From contig JBBTCA010000001.1 in assembly GCA_038043385.1 (NCBI GenBank), positions 171,357 to 235,356 on the forward strand: a stretch of DNA of 64,000 nt. Reading direction: 5' to 3'. A model generated the notes under the pieces. It was not told the origin of the DNA and searched no databases. It saw only the letters and a list, made by a program, of their open reading frames with translations. A program made the position numbers and the translations under genes. How positions within the stretch are numbered: the stretch's first letter is position 1; each line of letters starts with the position of its first letter. Shown piece by piece: positions 40,433-49,679 of this stretch. The stretch comes from Pseudomonadota bacterium. GTDB taxonomy: Bacteria; Pseudomonadota; Gammaproteobacteria; Pseudomonadales; Moraxellaceae.

Positions 40433-40531
40433 TGCTGTTTCCTCGGTATGCCGGGCAGGCCGACTTGTGCAGTCGCTTAAGGTTACACTTGCCGGTTACT
40501 GTTTGATGGCTTTTTAACCCGAGCATGCGCG

Positions 40532-42562
40532 ATGAGTGAAGGTCAGTTTCAGGTCGTATCGAAATATCAGCCCGCCGGCGACCAGCCCACGGCCATCGAA
40601 GGGCTGGTGCAGGGCGTGGAAGACGGCCTCAGCCATCAGACGCTGCTGGGCGTGACCGGCTCGGGCAAGACCTTCACCATGGCTAATGTCATTGCCCGGC
40701 TCGGCCGCCCAGCCATCATCATGGCGCCGAACAAGACGCTGGCGGCGCAGCTCTACGGCGAGTTCAAGGAGTTCTTCCCGAATAACGCCGTCGAGTATTT
40801 CGTCAGCTATTACGACTATTACCAGCCGGAAGCCTATGTGCCGTCGTCGGACACCTTTATCGAGAAGGACGCCGCGATCAACGAGCACATCGAGCAGATG
40901 CGGTTGTCGGCGACGCGGGCGCTGCTGGAGCGGCGCGATGCCATCATCGTGGCCACGGTGTCGGCGATCTACGGCTTGGGCGACCCCGAGGCCTACATGA
41001 AGATGCTGCTGCATGTGGCGCGCGGTGATCGCATCGATCAGCGCGGCCTGCTGCGGCGACTGGCCGAGCTGCAGTACACGCGCAACGATGTCGAGTTCTA
41101 TCGCGGCCATTACCGCGTGCGTGGCGATGTCATCGATGTCTATCCCGCCGAGTCGGAAATGGACGCGGTGCGCATCGAGCTCTTCGATGAGGAAGTCGAG
41201 TCCATCTACTGGTTTGACCCGCTCACCGGCGAGGTGCGCAAGCGTGTGGCGCGCGTGACGATCTACCCGAAAACGCATTATGTGACGCCAAAAGAGCGTA
41301 TTCATGGCGCCATCGAGCAGATTCAGGTGGATCTGAAGGAGCGCCTGGAGTGGTTCCGCGCCAACGACAAGCTGGTCGAGGCGCAGCGCCTTGATCAGCG
41401 CACCAAGTTCGATCTGGAGATGCTGCAGCAGCTCGGCTACTGCCAGGGCATCGAGAATTACTCGCGCTACCTGTCTGGCCGCGAGCCCGGTTCGCCGCCG
41501 CCGACGCTGTTTGACTATGTGCCGGCGGATGCGCTGCTGCTGGTGGACGAGTCGCATGTGACCATCCCGCAGATTGGCGGCATGTATAACGGTGACCGCT
41601 CGCGCAAGGAGAATCTGGTGAATTACGGCTTCCGCCTGCCATCCGCCATGGACAACCGGCCGATGCGCTTCGAGGAGTTCGAGCGCATTTCGCCGCAGAC
41701 CATCTTTGTGTCGGCCACGCCCGGCAATTACGAGGCCGAGAAGGCGCAGGCGGTGGTTGAGCAGCTGGTGCGCCCGACCGGGCTGGTGGATCCGCAACTG
41801 GAAGTGCGCCCGGCGGCGACGCAGGTGGACGATCTGTTGTCGCAGATTCGTCAGCGCGTGGCGGTGGAAGAGCGCGTGTTGGTGACGACGCTGACCAAGC
41901 GCATGGCCGAAGACCTCAGCGAGTACCTGAGCGAGCACGGCGTGAAGGTGCGCTATCTGCATTCCGACATCGACACCGTGGAGCGCGTCGAGATCATCCG
42001 CGACTTGCGTCTCGGCGTGTTCGATGTGCTGGTCGGCATCAACCTGTTGCGTGAGGGCCTGGACATGCCCGAGGTGTCACTGGTGGCGATTCTCGATGCT
42101 GACAAGGAGGGCTTTCTGCGCTCGGAGCGCTCGCTGATCCAGACTATCGGCCGTGCCGCGCGCCATCTCAACGGCAAGGCCATCCTTTATGCCGACCGCA
42201 TGACCGGCTCCATGCAGCGCGCCATCGGCGAGACCGAGCGCCGTCGCGAACGACAGATTGCCTTTAACTTGGCGCAGGGCATCACGCCGGTGGGTGTGGC
42301 ACGGTCGGTCAGCGACATTCTCGAAACCTACGCCGGTGCGTCGGCCGCGAATGGCGGCGGCAGCCCGAGTCGTGGCAACAAGCGCAGCAGCGTGCGGCCG
42401 GGCAGCAAGCCGGTGCCTATGGACCCGAAGGCGATGGCGCAGGAAATTGTGCTGCTGGAAAAGACCATGATGGAAAAGGCCCGCAACCTCGAGTTCGAGG
42501 AGGCCGGGCGCTTGCGCGATCAGATGCTGGAATTGCGGAAAATGCTCATCAAACTGGGCTGA
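40532..42562 (+). CDS. uvrB: excinuclease ABC subunit B
   Basis: [46 protein letters not shown]-terminal UVR domain. Confidence 0.98.
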   Translation: MSEGQFQVVSKYQPAGDQPTAIEGLVQGVEDGLSHQTLLGVTGSGKTFTMANVIARLGRPAIIMAPNKTLAAQLYGEFKEFFPNNAVEYFVSYYDYYQPEAYVPSSDTFIEKDAAINEHIEQMRLSATRALLERRDAIIVATVSAIYGLGDPEAYMKMLLHVARGDRIDQRGLLRRLAELQYTRNDVEFYRGHYRVRGDVIDVYPAESEMDAVRIELFDEEVESIYWFDPLTGEVRKRVARVTIYPKTHYVTPKERIHGAIEQIQVDLKERLEWFRANDKLVEAQRLDQRTKFDLEMLQQLGYCQGIENYSRYLSGREPGSPPPTLFDYVPADALLLVDESHVTIPQIGGMYNGDRSRKENLVNYGFRLPSAMDNRPMRFEEFERISPQTIFVSATPGNYEAEKAQAVVEQLVRPTGLVDPQLEVRPAATQVDDLLSQIRQRVAVEERVLVTTLTKRMAEDLSEYLSEHGVKVRYLHSDIDTVERVEIIRDLRLGVFDVLVGINLLREGLDMPEVSLVAILDADKEGFLRSERSLIQTIGRAARHLNGKAILYADRMTGSMQRAIGETERRRERQIAFNLAQGITPVGVARSVSDILETYAGASAANGGGSPSRGNKRSSVRPGSKPVPMDPKAMAQEIVLLEKTMMEKARNLEFEEAGRLRDQMLELRKMLIKLG

Positions 42563-42692
42563 TCCCGGTATTTTGGCGGCTTGGCGGGGCTGTCAAGCAC
42601 ACACCGCCCGCTTTTTGTGCACATGGTGAAACCAATCGTGTGCATTTTGAGCGAATACTTTGCAGACTTGCCCAAAAACCGCTCGCTTAATC

Positions 42693-42705
42693 TAAGTTGT
42701 TGATT
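42693..42705 (-). promoter_or_regulatory. IHF binding site
   Basis: Minus strand AATCAACAACTTA = perfect WATCAANNNNTTR, next to an AT-rich tract. Confidence 0.65.
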
Positions 42706-42777
42706 TAATTTAATTAAATTAATTGGGTAAAAAAGCGTCGAACGGTCGAAAGCCGCTTGCTCAGCGGAATTGGCCTC

Positions 42778-42824
42778 TTATCCAATTACTTGTCCACGAA
42801 GTTATCCACAGGAATTGGGGATAA
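42778..42824. promoter_or_regulatory. DnaA-box cluster (DARS-like)
   Basis: TTATCCAAT-3-TTGTCCACG-3-TTATCCACA-5-TGGGGATAA (last box inverted). Confidence 0.75.
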
Positions 42825-42842
42825 CTTTCGTGGAGCTTGGAA

Positions 42843-43919
42843 TCAAGGAGTTAGCGTGATTTTTGCGAGGCTTTTCTCGGTCAGCGAACCAAAGTACAAC
42901 TGATTGCCGACCTGACGCACGCTGGTAATCGGCGAGTAATTGCCAGGGTTGCTGTCTTGCAGATTGGCCACGATGCGGCCATCGGCATCCAGGCCCAGCA
43001 CCATGGCGCGATGCTCGACCAGCTTGGGAATGACCTTGAGCGCGCGGACCATGATCTTGCGCATGAAGGGTTTGTCGGCAAAGACATCGAGAAAAACATT
43101 GCGCGGCGTGAAGATGGCGACCCAGAAGCGATCCTGATCGTTGAAGCTGATGTTGTCGGGCAAGCCCGGCAGATTGTCGCGGAAGGTATCGTGCTGACCG
43201 GCTTTGCTGCCTTTTAGCCAGAGCCGGCTGATGCGATAGGCACCGGTTTCGGCGACCAGCACATACTCCTCGTTCGGGCCCAGTGCCACGCCGTTGGCAA
43301 ACTCCAGACCTGCCAGCAGGGCCTTGGTTTCGCCATTGTGGAAGTCGTAGACCAGCAGGCGGCCATCGCCACGATGTTCAATGACCGCTTCACTGTCTTC
43401 GCCGTAATGCCAGCGGATGGAGGCATCGCTGAAGTAGGCATACTGGCCGTCGGCGGAAATATCCACATCATCGGCAAAACCAAAAGGCACGCCGTCGGAT
43501 TCGGTGCTCAGTACCGTCAGCTCACCATTACTGACATTCAGTGCAAGCAAGCCTTTGATGCCATCGGCAATGATCAGGCGGCCATCCGGGTGCCAGGCCA
43601 GCCCGAGTGGCCGTCCTCCGGTGTGTGCCAGCGTTTCCAGACTTTTGCCATCCACACTCAGGCGCACAATGCGACCATCTTGCAAGCCGGTCAGGATGCG
43701 TTCTTGTGCATCGGCAAGCACCGCTTCGGGGCCATGCAATTCCAGACCTTTGCCAAAACGCTCGATGCCGGCCAGACGCGAGTTCTGCTTGAACTCGCCT
43801 TCCTCCAGCGAGGGCGCCACTGGCGGTGTCCAGCTTGCCGGATCAATGTCTGTGGGAGCGAACAGCAGGTAGCCCGCCACAATGGCGAATACAGAGCCAG
43901 CCCAATAGCGTTTCTTCAT
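42843..43919 (-). CDS. SMP-30/strictosidine synthase-like beta-propeller (possible lactonase)
   Basis: GPEAV, GRPLGL, FADDVDI, YFSDAS, FANGVAL, LPGLPDNI. Confidence 0.85.
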   Translation of the reverse strand: MKKRYWAGSVFAIVAGYLLFAPTDIDPASWTPPVAPSLEEGEFKQNSRLAGIERFGKGLELHGPEAVLADAQERILTGLQDGRIVRLSVDGKSLETLAHTGGRPLGLAWHPDGRLIIADGIKGLLALNVSNGELTVLSTESDGVPFGFADDVDISADGQYAYFSDASIRWHYGEDSEAVIEHRGDGRLLVYDFHNGETKALLAGLEFANGVALGPNEEYVLVAETGAYRISRLWLKGSKAGQHDTFRDNLPGLPDNISFNDQDRFWVAIFTPRNVFLDVFADKPFMRKIMVRALKVIPKLVEHRAMVLGLDADGRIVANLQDSNPGNYSPITSVRQVGNQLYFGSLTEKSLAKITLTP

Positions 43920-43921
43920 CC

Positions 43922-44671
43922 TTATCCTCCCAGTTTTGCGACCCAGCGCAGCGGCAAATGCTGCATCAGAAAGCCGATGATCGTCCATGGTTGCGATGGC
44001 ACGCAGGCCGTAGCCGGTTCGCGATCAATGGCGTTGACCAGTGCGCGGGCGCCGACTTCCGCACTGACCTCGAAGGGCAGCTTGCCGGCACCTTCATTAA
44101 GCTCAGTGCGAATATAGCCCGGAAACAGGGTGGTGACTTTTATCGGTGTGTTAAGCAATTCAGCACGGATACCTTCGCTGAGCAACGCCAGGCCGGCCTT
44201 GGACGCGGCATAGGTGGTCAGGTGTTTGGGCAGGCCACGCTTGGCGCTCATCGACGAGACGGTGACGAGGTGGCCAGCGTTCTGTCGGCGGAAGATGCCG
44301 ACGGCAGCTTCGCACTGGGCGAGGGCGGCGATGAAGTTGGTTTCGGCGGTCTGTCGGTTGATCTCGAAATGACCCTTGCCGATGCGCCGGCCGTTGCCGA
44401 CGCCGGCGTTGACGATGACGCGATCGAGTGTGCCGAACTCGGCGGCAAAGGCCTCGAAGACCTCAAACACCTGCGCGTAATCGGTGACATCCAGCGCGCG
44501 CACCGAAACGCGAACGCCGTGCGCGCTTTCCAGCTCCTGACGCAGCGTTTCCAGCCGCTCGGTGCGACGGGCGCAGAGCGCCAGGTCGTGGCCGCGTGAG
44601 GCGAATTCGCGCGCCATGCCGGCGCCGATGCCGGAGCTGGCACCGGTGATCAGAATTGTTTTGCGTTTCAT
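43922..44671 (-). CDS. short-chain dehydrogenase/reductase
   Basis: TGASSGIG, NAG, YAASK. Confidence 0.9.
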   Translation of the reverse strand: MKRKTILITGASSGIGAGMAREFASRGHDLALCARRTERLETLRQELESAHGVRVSVRALDVTDYAQVFEVFEAFAAEFGTLDRVIVNAGVGNGRRIGKGHFEINRQTAETNFIAALAQCEAAVGIFRRQNAGHLVTVSSMSAKRGLPKHLTTYAASKAGLALLSEGIRAELLNTPIKVTTLFPGYIRTELNEGAGKLPFEVSAEVGARALVNAIDREPATACVPSQPWTIIGFLMQHLPLRWVAKLGG

Positions 44672-44698
44672 GACGGCGTTATTTCCTTAGCGGGCTTT

Positions 44699-45394
44699 TT
44701 AACGATAGGTCAGCAGATCGCGATGACGACCGCTGAAATGGCTGTGTTCATTGAGGCTGATCAGGTTGCGATGCGCGCTGCCCTGGCTGATGCGACTCAG
44801 GCCGGCATTGGCGAGCGTGAGGTTTACGCGGAAAGTGGCGTCGTCGCTGAGGCCGAGAAGGCCCTGGCTGATCACGGAGATGCAGCCGCCGGAGGTGAAC
44901 ACCAGTGCCCGGCCACGCGCCGGCAGATTGCTCAGCGCCTCATCGAGCGCGGTACGCGAGCGCTGCTGGAAATGCTTCCAGGACTCATCGTAGTCGCTGT
45001 CGTGAGCGCCGCCGACCCAGCGCGCGATGGCCTGCCTGAACATCTGGCCAAACAGCTCGCCGGGGTTGGCGTGCTTGGCCATTTCCGCCACCAGCCAGTC
45101 GCGGTCGCGATAACGCGGCTCGTAGCGCTCGATGACCTGCTCGTGATTGAACTCGTTGAAACCCGGCAGCACGGTCAGCGGCAGGGCGGACAGTCCCGCC
45201 GTTTCCAGGCAGGCTTCGGCGGTCTGCCGATGCCGCTTCATGGCACCGATGAAGACGGTATCCACCGGCTCCTCGCGCTCGCGCAGCACCGTGCCGAGGT
45301 GGCGCGCCTGCTCGTAGCCAAGCTCGGAGAGCTGGTCATAGTCGGCCTTGCCGAACGAGGCCTGGCCATGACGAATCAAAGTGATGGACGCCAT
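44699..45394 (-). CDS. histidine phosphatase family protein
   Basis: LIRHGQASFG (RHG motif), FNEF, FTSGG. Confidence 0.88.
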   Translation of the reverse strand: MASITLIRHGQASFGKADYDQLSELGYEQARHLGTVLREREEPVDTVFIGAMKRHRQTAEACLETAGLSALPLTVLPGFNEFNHEQVIERYEPRYRDRDWLVAEMAKHANPGELFGQMFRQAIARWVGGAHDSDYDESWKHFQQRSRTALDEALSNLPARGRALVFTSGGCISVISQGLLGLSDDATFRVNLTLANAGLSRISQGSAHRNLISLNEHSHFSGRHRDLLTYR

Positions 45395-45396
45395 GC

Positions 45397-46485
45397 TCAA
45401 CGACCTCCTTTTTTAGAAGAATGCTTGTCGGCCGCAATCAACTGACGGCAACGCCGCCAGATCGCCCAGTTGATGATCCAGAAGTTCTTGAACGCCGGGT
45501 TGTCGGTCTGCTTGTGGTGATAGCGGTAGTAAATTTGCTGCAGAATCGCGGCCACGCGGAACAGTCCGAAGACCTCGTAGAACGCCCAGTGATGGATCGT
45601 CACGCCGGTTTTTTGCTGGTAGTAGGCCACCACTTCCTTGCGCGTGAGCATGCCCTTCAGGTGCGTAGGCTGGCGGCGTGTTTTGCGCAGGATGCCGTTG
45701 TCGTCGGCCTGGATCCAGTACGCCAGCACATTGCCCAGCTCCATCAGCGGATCGCCCAGCGTGGCCATCTCCCAGTCCAGCACGCCAATCACGCGGGATG
45801 GCTCGTTGGCATCCAGCACCACATTGTCGAAGCGCCAGTCGTTGTGCACCACGCAGGTCGCCGAATCTTCCGGCGTATGCTGCTTGAGCCAGGCGCGAAT
45901 ATCGGTGTAGCGCGGCACATTCCAGGTCTGCGCCTTCTGGTAGCGATCGCTCCAGCCATCAACCTGGCGTTTGCAGAAACCGCTGCCCTTGCCCAGCCGC
46001 TCCAGGCCGGCCGCGCGCACATCGACCTGATGCAGCGCAATCAGCTGATCCAGCGTGTTGGTGCAGAGCTGGCGCACCTGCGCTTCGCTCAGCTCAAGCT
46101 CTTTCGGCAGATTCGCCCGCGGAATGATGCCTTCGAGGCGACGCATCACATAGAAGTCGCAGCCGATCACCGACGGGTCGGTGCACAGCCCGATCATGTC
46201 GGCCACCACCGGATACACCGGCTTCAGGGCATCCTGCACGGTGTACTCGCGCACCATGTCGTGCGCCGATTTGGCTTTCGTGCCCGCCGGCGGACGCCGC
46301 AAAATCAGATCGTGGCTGGCGTACTTCAGGCGATAGGTCCAGTTCGACGCACCACCGCTGTATTGCGTGACTTCCGGCAGGCCCGGCGACAATTGCGGCA
46401 GCAGCGCGCGCAACCAAGCATCGACCTTGCCGACCTCCAACTCTTCCCCGTGGCGGACGCTGCCGCCCACATCAATCAGTGCCAT
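45397..46485 (-). CDS. APH-family phosphotransferase (ACAD10/11 N-terminal or LvaA-like)
   Basis: YSGGASNWTY, ILRRPP, AHDMVREY, VHNDWRFDN, VLDWEMATLGDP. Confidence 0.9.
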   Translation of the reverse strand: MALIDVGGSVRHGEELEVGKVDAWLRALLPQLSPGLPEVTQYSGGASNWTYRLKYASHDLILRRPPAGTKAKSAHDMVREYTVQDALKPVYPVVADMIGLCTDPSVIGCDFYVMRRLEGIIPRANLPKELELSEAQVRQLCTNTLDQLIALHQVDVRAAGLERLGKGSGFCKRQVDGWSDRYQKAQTWNVPRYTDIRAWLKQHTPEDSATCVVHNDWRFDNVVLDANEPSRVIGVLDWEMATLGDPLMELGNVLAYWIQADDNGILRKTRRQPTHLKGMLTRKEVVAYYQQKTGVTIHHWAFYEVFGLFRVAAILQQIYYRYHHKQTDNPAFKNFWIINWAIWRRCRQLIAADKHSSKKGGR

Positions 46486-46491
46486 GGCTGC

Positions 46492-47313
46492 TTATCTCTC
46501 GCTACGCGGCTTCATGCCCTTCATGCTTTTCTGCAACATGCGGCTGTAAAGCACATGCGGCAGATAGCGCTTGGCGCGCCACAGGCGTTCGCCGGCCACA
46601 TGCGGCAGGATGTGAACCTGCTTCTTCGCCACGCCATCCACGATGGCATCGGCCACCTGATCGGCGCTGAGCTTGCCGCTAGCGAGCAGCTTGCTCATCA
46701 TCTTGATCAGGCCCGGATCGGTGGCGCGCATGGTCTCGCCCAGGTTGGTCTGGAAGAACGACGGGCAGACCACGCTGACGCCGATGCCGAACTCCATCAG
46801 CTCCTGCTCCAGCGTCGTGCTCAAGGCCACCACCGCCGCCTTCGACACGTTGTACGACGACATGCGCGGCACATCGAGCAAGCCGGCCATGGACGCGATA
46901 TTGACGATATGGCCGTTGCCCTGGCGCTTGAAGATCGGCGTGAACACCTTGCAGCCGCGCACCACGCCAAACAGGTTGATGTTCACGATCCATTCCCAGT
47001 CGGCCAGCGACACCTCATCGATGGCCCCGGCCTGCGCCACGCCAGCGTTGTTGACCAGCACATCCAGCCCGCCCCAGACGCGGCTCAGCTCATCGGCAAT
47101 GGCCTGCAAGTCGGCCTCGCAAGTCACATCGGCATGGCGATAAAGCGCCTCGGCGGCACCGGCCGCCGCCAGCTCCGCGCGCGTGCTGTCGCCACGCTCA
47201 TCGTTCAGGTCGGCGATGCACACGCGCCAGCCGTCACGGGCATAGCGCAAGGCGAGGGCACGGCCGAGGCCGCTGGCCCCGCCGGTAATGAAAACGCGAT
47301 TTGCTTGGGTCAT
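46492..47313 (-). CDS. short-chain dehydrogenase/reductase
   Basis: TGGASGLG, NNAGV, YNVSK. Confidence 0.9.
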   Translation of the reverse strand: MTQANRVFITGGASGLGRALALRYARDGWRVCIADLNDERGDSTRAELAAAGAAEALYRHADVTCEADLQAIADELSRVWGGLDVLVNNAGVAQAGAIDEVSLADWEWIVNINLFGVVRGCKVFTPIFKRQGNGHIVNIASMAGLLDVPRMSSYNVSKAAVVALSTTLEQELMEFGIGVSVVCPSFFQTNLGETMRATDPGLIKMMSKLLASGKLSADQVADAIVDGVAKKQVHILPHVAGERLWRAKRYLPHVLYSRMLQKSMKGMKPRSER

Positions 47314-47400
47314 GGGGTCGCTGCTTCTTCTAATAGTGTTTGCGGAAATGGCGGTGCGGTGACTGCCAGTGACCTAGCAGTCATTTGTGTTGTGCCGAGC

Positions 47401-48633
47401 TTATTTGCTGAAGCCGCGCTTGGCGAGTTCTATCTTCGCGATCACGCCCTTGTGCACCTCATCCGGGCCGTCGGCCAGGCGCAAGCTGCGCGCCTGCGCA
47501 AAAAACGCCGTCAACGGCGTATCGCGCGATACCCCGGCGCCGCCATGAATCTGGATGGCCATGTCCACCACCTGCTGCAGCACATTCGGCGCCACCACCT
47601 TGATCGCCGAAATCTCGGTCATCGCCGCAAAAGTACCCACGGCATCCATCTTCCACGCCGCATACAGCGTGAGCAGCCGTGCCTGATCGATGGCGATGCG
47701 CGCCTCGGCGATACGCTCGCGGTTGCCGCCCAAGTTGATCAGCGGCTTGCCAAACGCAGTACGCGAGATGCCGCGATCGATCATCAGCTCCAGCGCCTTT
47801 TCCGCCGCACCGATGCAGCGCATGCAATGGTGAATGCGGCCCGGCCCGAGACGACCCTGCGCAATCGAAAACCCCTGACCCGGCCCACCGATGAAATTGC
47901 TCACCGGCACGCGCACATTGGTGAACAGCACCTCACCGTGGCCGTGCGGCGCATCGTAATCGCCGAACACCGGCAGCATGCGCTGGATCTCCACGCCCGG
48001 CGTGTTCAGCGGTACCAGCACCATGGAGTGCTGGCTGTGACGGCCCTTCTCGGCATCCGGCGTGTGCGCCATGAAGATCGCGATCTTGCAGTCCGGGTCG
48101 CCGATGCCGCTCGACCACCACTTGCGGCCGTTGAGCACGATTTCATCGCCCTCGATGATCGCCGTGGCCTGCATATTGGTCGCATCCGACGACGCCACAT
48201 CCGGCTCGGTCATGCAGAACACGGAGCGGATTTCGCCATTTAATAGCGGCGTCAGCCATTGAGCCTTCTGCGCCTCGCTGCCATAACGCCACAGCACCTC
48301 CATGTTGCCGGTATCCGGCGCGTTGCAGTTGAACACGGTGGGCGCGAGCAGGCTGCGGCCGGTCTGCTCGGCGATGTGCGCGTACTCGGCGATGGTCAGG
48401 CCGGCTCCCAGCTCCTCGCTCGGCATCCACAGATTCCACAATCCTTGCGCCTTGGCCTTGCGCTTCAATTCTTCCAGCACGGCCGGGTGCTTCCACTGGC
48501 GCCAGTCGCCATCCGGATTGCTGGCATGCACCTCGGCCCAGAAGGCCGGCTCGACCGGCTCGATGTGCTCGCGCATGAATGCTTTCACACGCGCCACATA
48601 ATCCTGACCGCGTTCGCTGAGTTCGAAATGCAT
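47401..48633 (-). CDS. acyl-CoA dehydrogenase (ACAD10/11 or LvaC-like)
   Basis: GLWNLW, FNCNAPDTGNME, MTEPDVASSDA, QGRLGPGRIHHCMR, RLADGPDEVH. Confidence 0.93.
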   Translation of the reverse strand: MHFELSERGQDYVARVKAFMREHIEPVEPAFWAEVHASNPDGDWRQWKHPAVLEELKRKAKAQGLWNLWMPSEELGAGLTIAEYAHIAEQTGRSLLAPTVFNCNAPDTGNMEVLWRYGSEAQKAQWLTPLLNGEIRSVFCMTEPDVASSDATNMQATAIIEGDEIVLNGRKWWSSGIGDPDCKIAIFMAHTPDAEKGRHSQHSMVLVPLNTPGVEIQRMLPVFGDYDAPHGHGEVLFTNVRVPVSNFIGGPGQGFSIAQGRLGPGRIHHCMRCIGAAEKALELMIDRGISRTAFGKPLINLGGNRERIAEARIAIDQARLLTLYAAWKMDAVGTFAAMTEISAIKVVAPNVLQQVVDMAIQIHGGAGVSRDTPLTAFFAQARSLRLADGPDEVHKGVIAKIELAKRGFSK

Positions 48634-48780
48634 GACGATTTTCCTGAATCAAGGGAATGACAAGTGACCGATCCTAGTGCCTGGCGTACGATGCAGGAAA
48701 TGATGATTTCTCATGGTTGGTCATGAATCAGATGAATGGATTGGCGCACGCGCGGCTCAGCTAGGTACTAGCGATACCTA

Positions 48781-48810
48781 TTGACGAAGCAGGGTGCCAG
48801 CGCCTAGAAT
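48781..48810 (+). promoter_or_regulatory. sigma70 promoter with no downstream ORF (drives putative ncRNA)
   Basis: TTGACG (48781-48786), N18, TAGAAT (48805-48810). Confidence 0.65.
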
Positions 48811-48816
48811 TTTTTC

Positions 48817-48937
48817 TGTGAGGCTTCCTATGCCGATGGGAGAAGCCGCCCGCCCGAAAGGGTCCTAGCCAAGTCTGGGTATAAAGAGGAATCGGTCCGT
48901 TTCAACAAAAGCCCTGCTCATGCAGGGCTTTTGTTTT
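48817..48937 (+). ncRNA. putative ~120-nt structured non-coding RNA
   Basis: Promoter upstream, stems GGCTTC/GAAGCC and CCC-GAAA-GGG, possible pseudoknot, strong terminator at the end; no credible ORF. Confidence 0.55.
48904..48937. terminator. bidirectional terminator shared by ncRNA and convergent ORF
   Basis: Perfect 14-bp stem AACAAAAGCCCTGC-TCAT-GCAGGGCTTTTGTT with T-tracts on both strands. Confidence 0.88.
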
Positions 48938-48951
48938 ATGAGGCTCTTTTT

Positions 48952-49533
48952 TCACGATTTTGCCGCTTTCACCGACTTGCTGCTTGGGCCCTTGGCTTTC
49001 GCCGGTATTACGCCCAGTAGCTCGGCACAAAGCCTGCCAAAGGCTTTTCGTTGCTCACGCCGCATGCCTCCGGGATTGTCTTTCAGGTAGGCGCTTTGCA
49101 AGTACAGTATCAGCAGCCTGCCTTCGTGCGGTGACCGATACAGATCGAAAAACAGCAAATAAGGCGAGTCACCATCGCCATCTGCCGGTGGCTTCCAGAC
49201 CATGTAGTTGTTGTACTTGGCGCGATAGCAAGGAATTGCATCGGCAACCAGAGCCATGACAATAGTGGGCAGCTCCAGCGATCTCAGATACCGGCTTTCG
49301 GCGAACTTGCGGCAATGACCGCCACGATCCAGCCAATAGGCCGGCCCGGTGGCTACGATGGTTGATTTCTCCGTCACCACATGGCAATCAAAGACCACAC
49401 GGATGATAGCGCTGAGTGCAGGCAATGGCCCTTTGGCAGGCTTATCAAAGGAAATATCAAATGTACGAAGGTGCCGAAAAGAAAAGGCCCTGCCATTGAT
49501 GCAGCGATCTGCCCAGACATTGTTTTGTGCCAT
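48952..49533 (-). CDS. hypothetical protein, possible BECR/RelE-like ribonuclease
   Basis: 193 aa, AAGGAAG RBS, atypical lower-GC codon use; VFDCHVVTE, SRYLRSLELP, C-terminal LILYLQSAY strand, basic tail. Confidence 0.7.
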   Translation of the reverse strand: MAQNNVWADRCINGRAFSFRHLRTFDISFDKPAKGPLPALSAIIRVVFDCHVVTEKSTIVATGPAYWLDRGGHCRKFAESRYLRSLELPTIVMALVADAIPCYRAKYNNYMVWKPPADGDGDSPYLLFFDLYRSPHEGRLLILYLQSAYLKDNPGGMRREQRKAFGRLCAELLGVIPAKAKGPSSKSVKAAKS

Positions 49534-49679
49534 CGGATCTGCTTCCTTGCAGCCAGCGTGAGAGGGTGCGACTTCCTGTCGTCACCTACACCTATTGTAG
49601 ATCGGCAAATGGCGCATTGCTGTTGCTGTTTCGCTGACTCGGCTACGATGCACAAAATGAAGCACAGCAGCGGGCAGCC

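Noticed and set aside
42690-42830. Possible oriC
   Set aside because: No dnaA, dnaN, rpmH or gidA nearby, no 13-mer DUE repeats recognised, and only one perfect box; a DARS/datA-type site fits better.
45421-48243. 940-aa + strand ORF
   Set aside because: Antisense shadow of the kinase/SDR/ACAD genes, typical of high-GC codon bias; no motifs. The same applies to 35518-36990, 40514-41962, 53664-55007, 59834-61489 and 1396-2424.
48817-48900. Twister/HDV-like ribozyme or 12-aa peptide (MPMGEAARPKGS) interpretation of the ncRNA
   Set aside because: Conserved twister cleavage-site nucleotides are not recognisable, and the mini-ORF is short with a weak RBS; neither is fully excluded.
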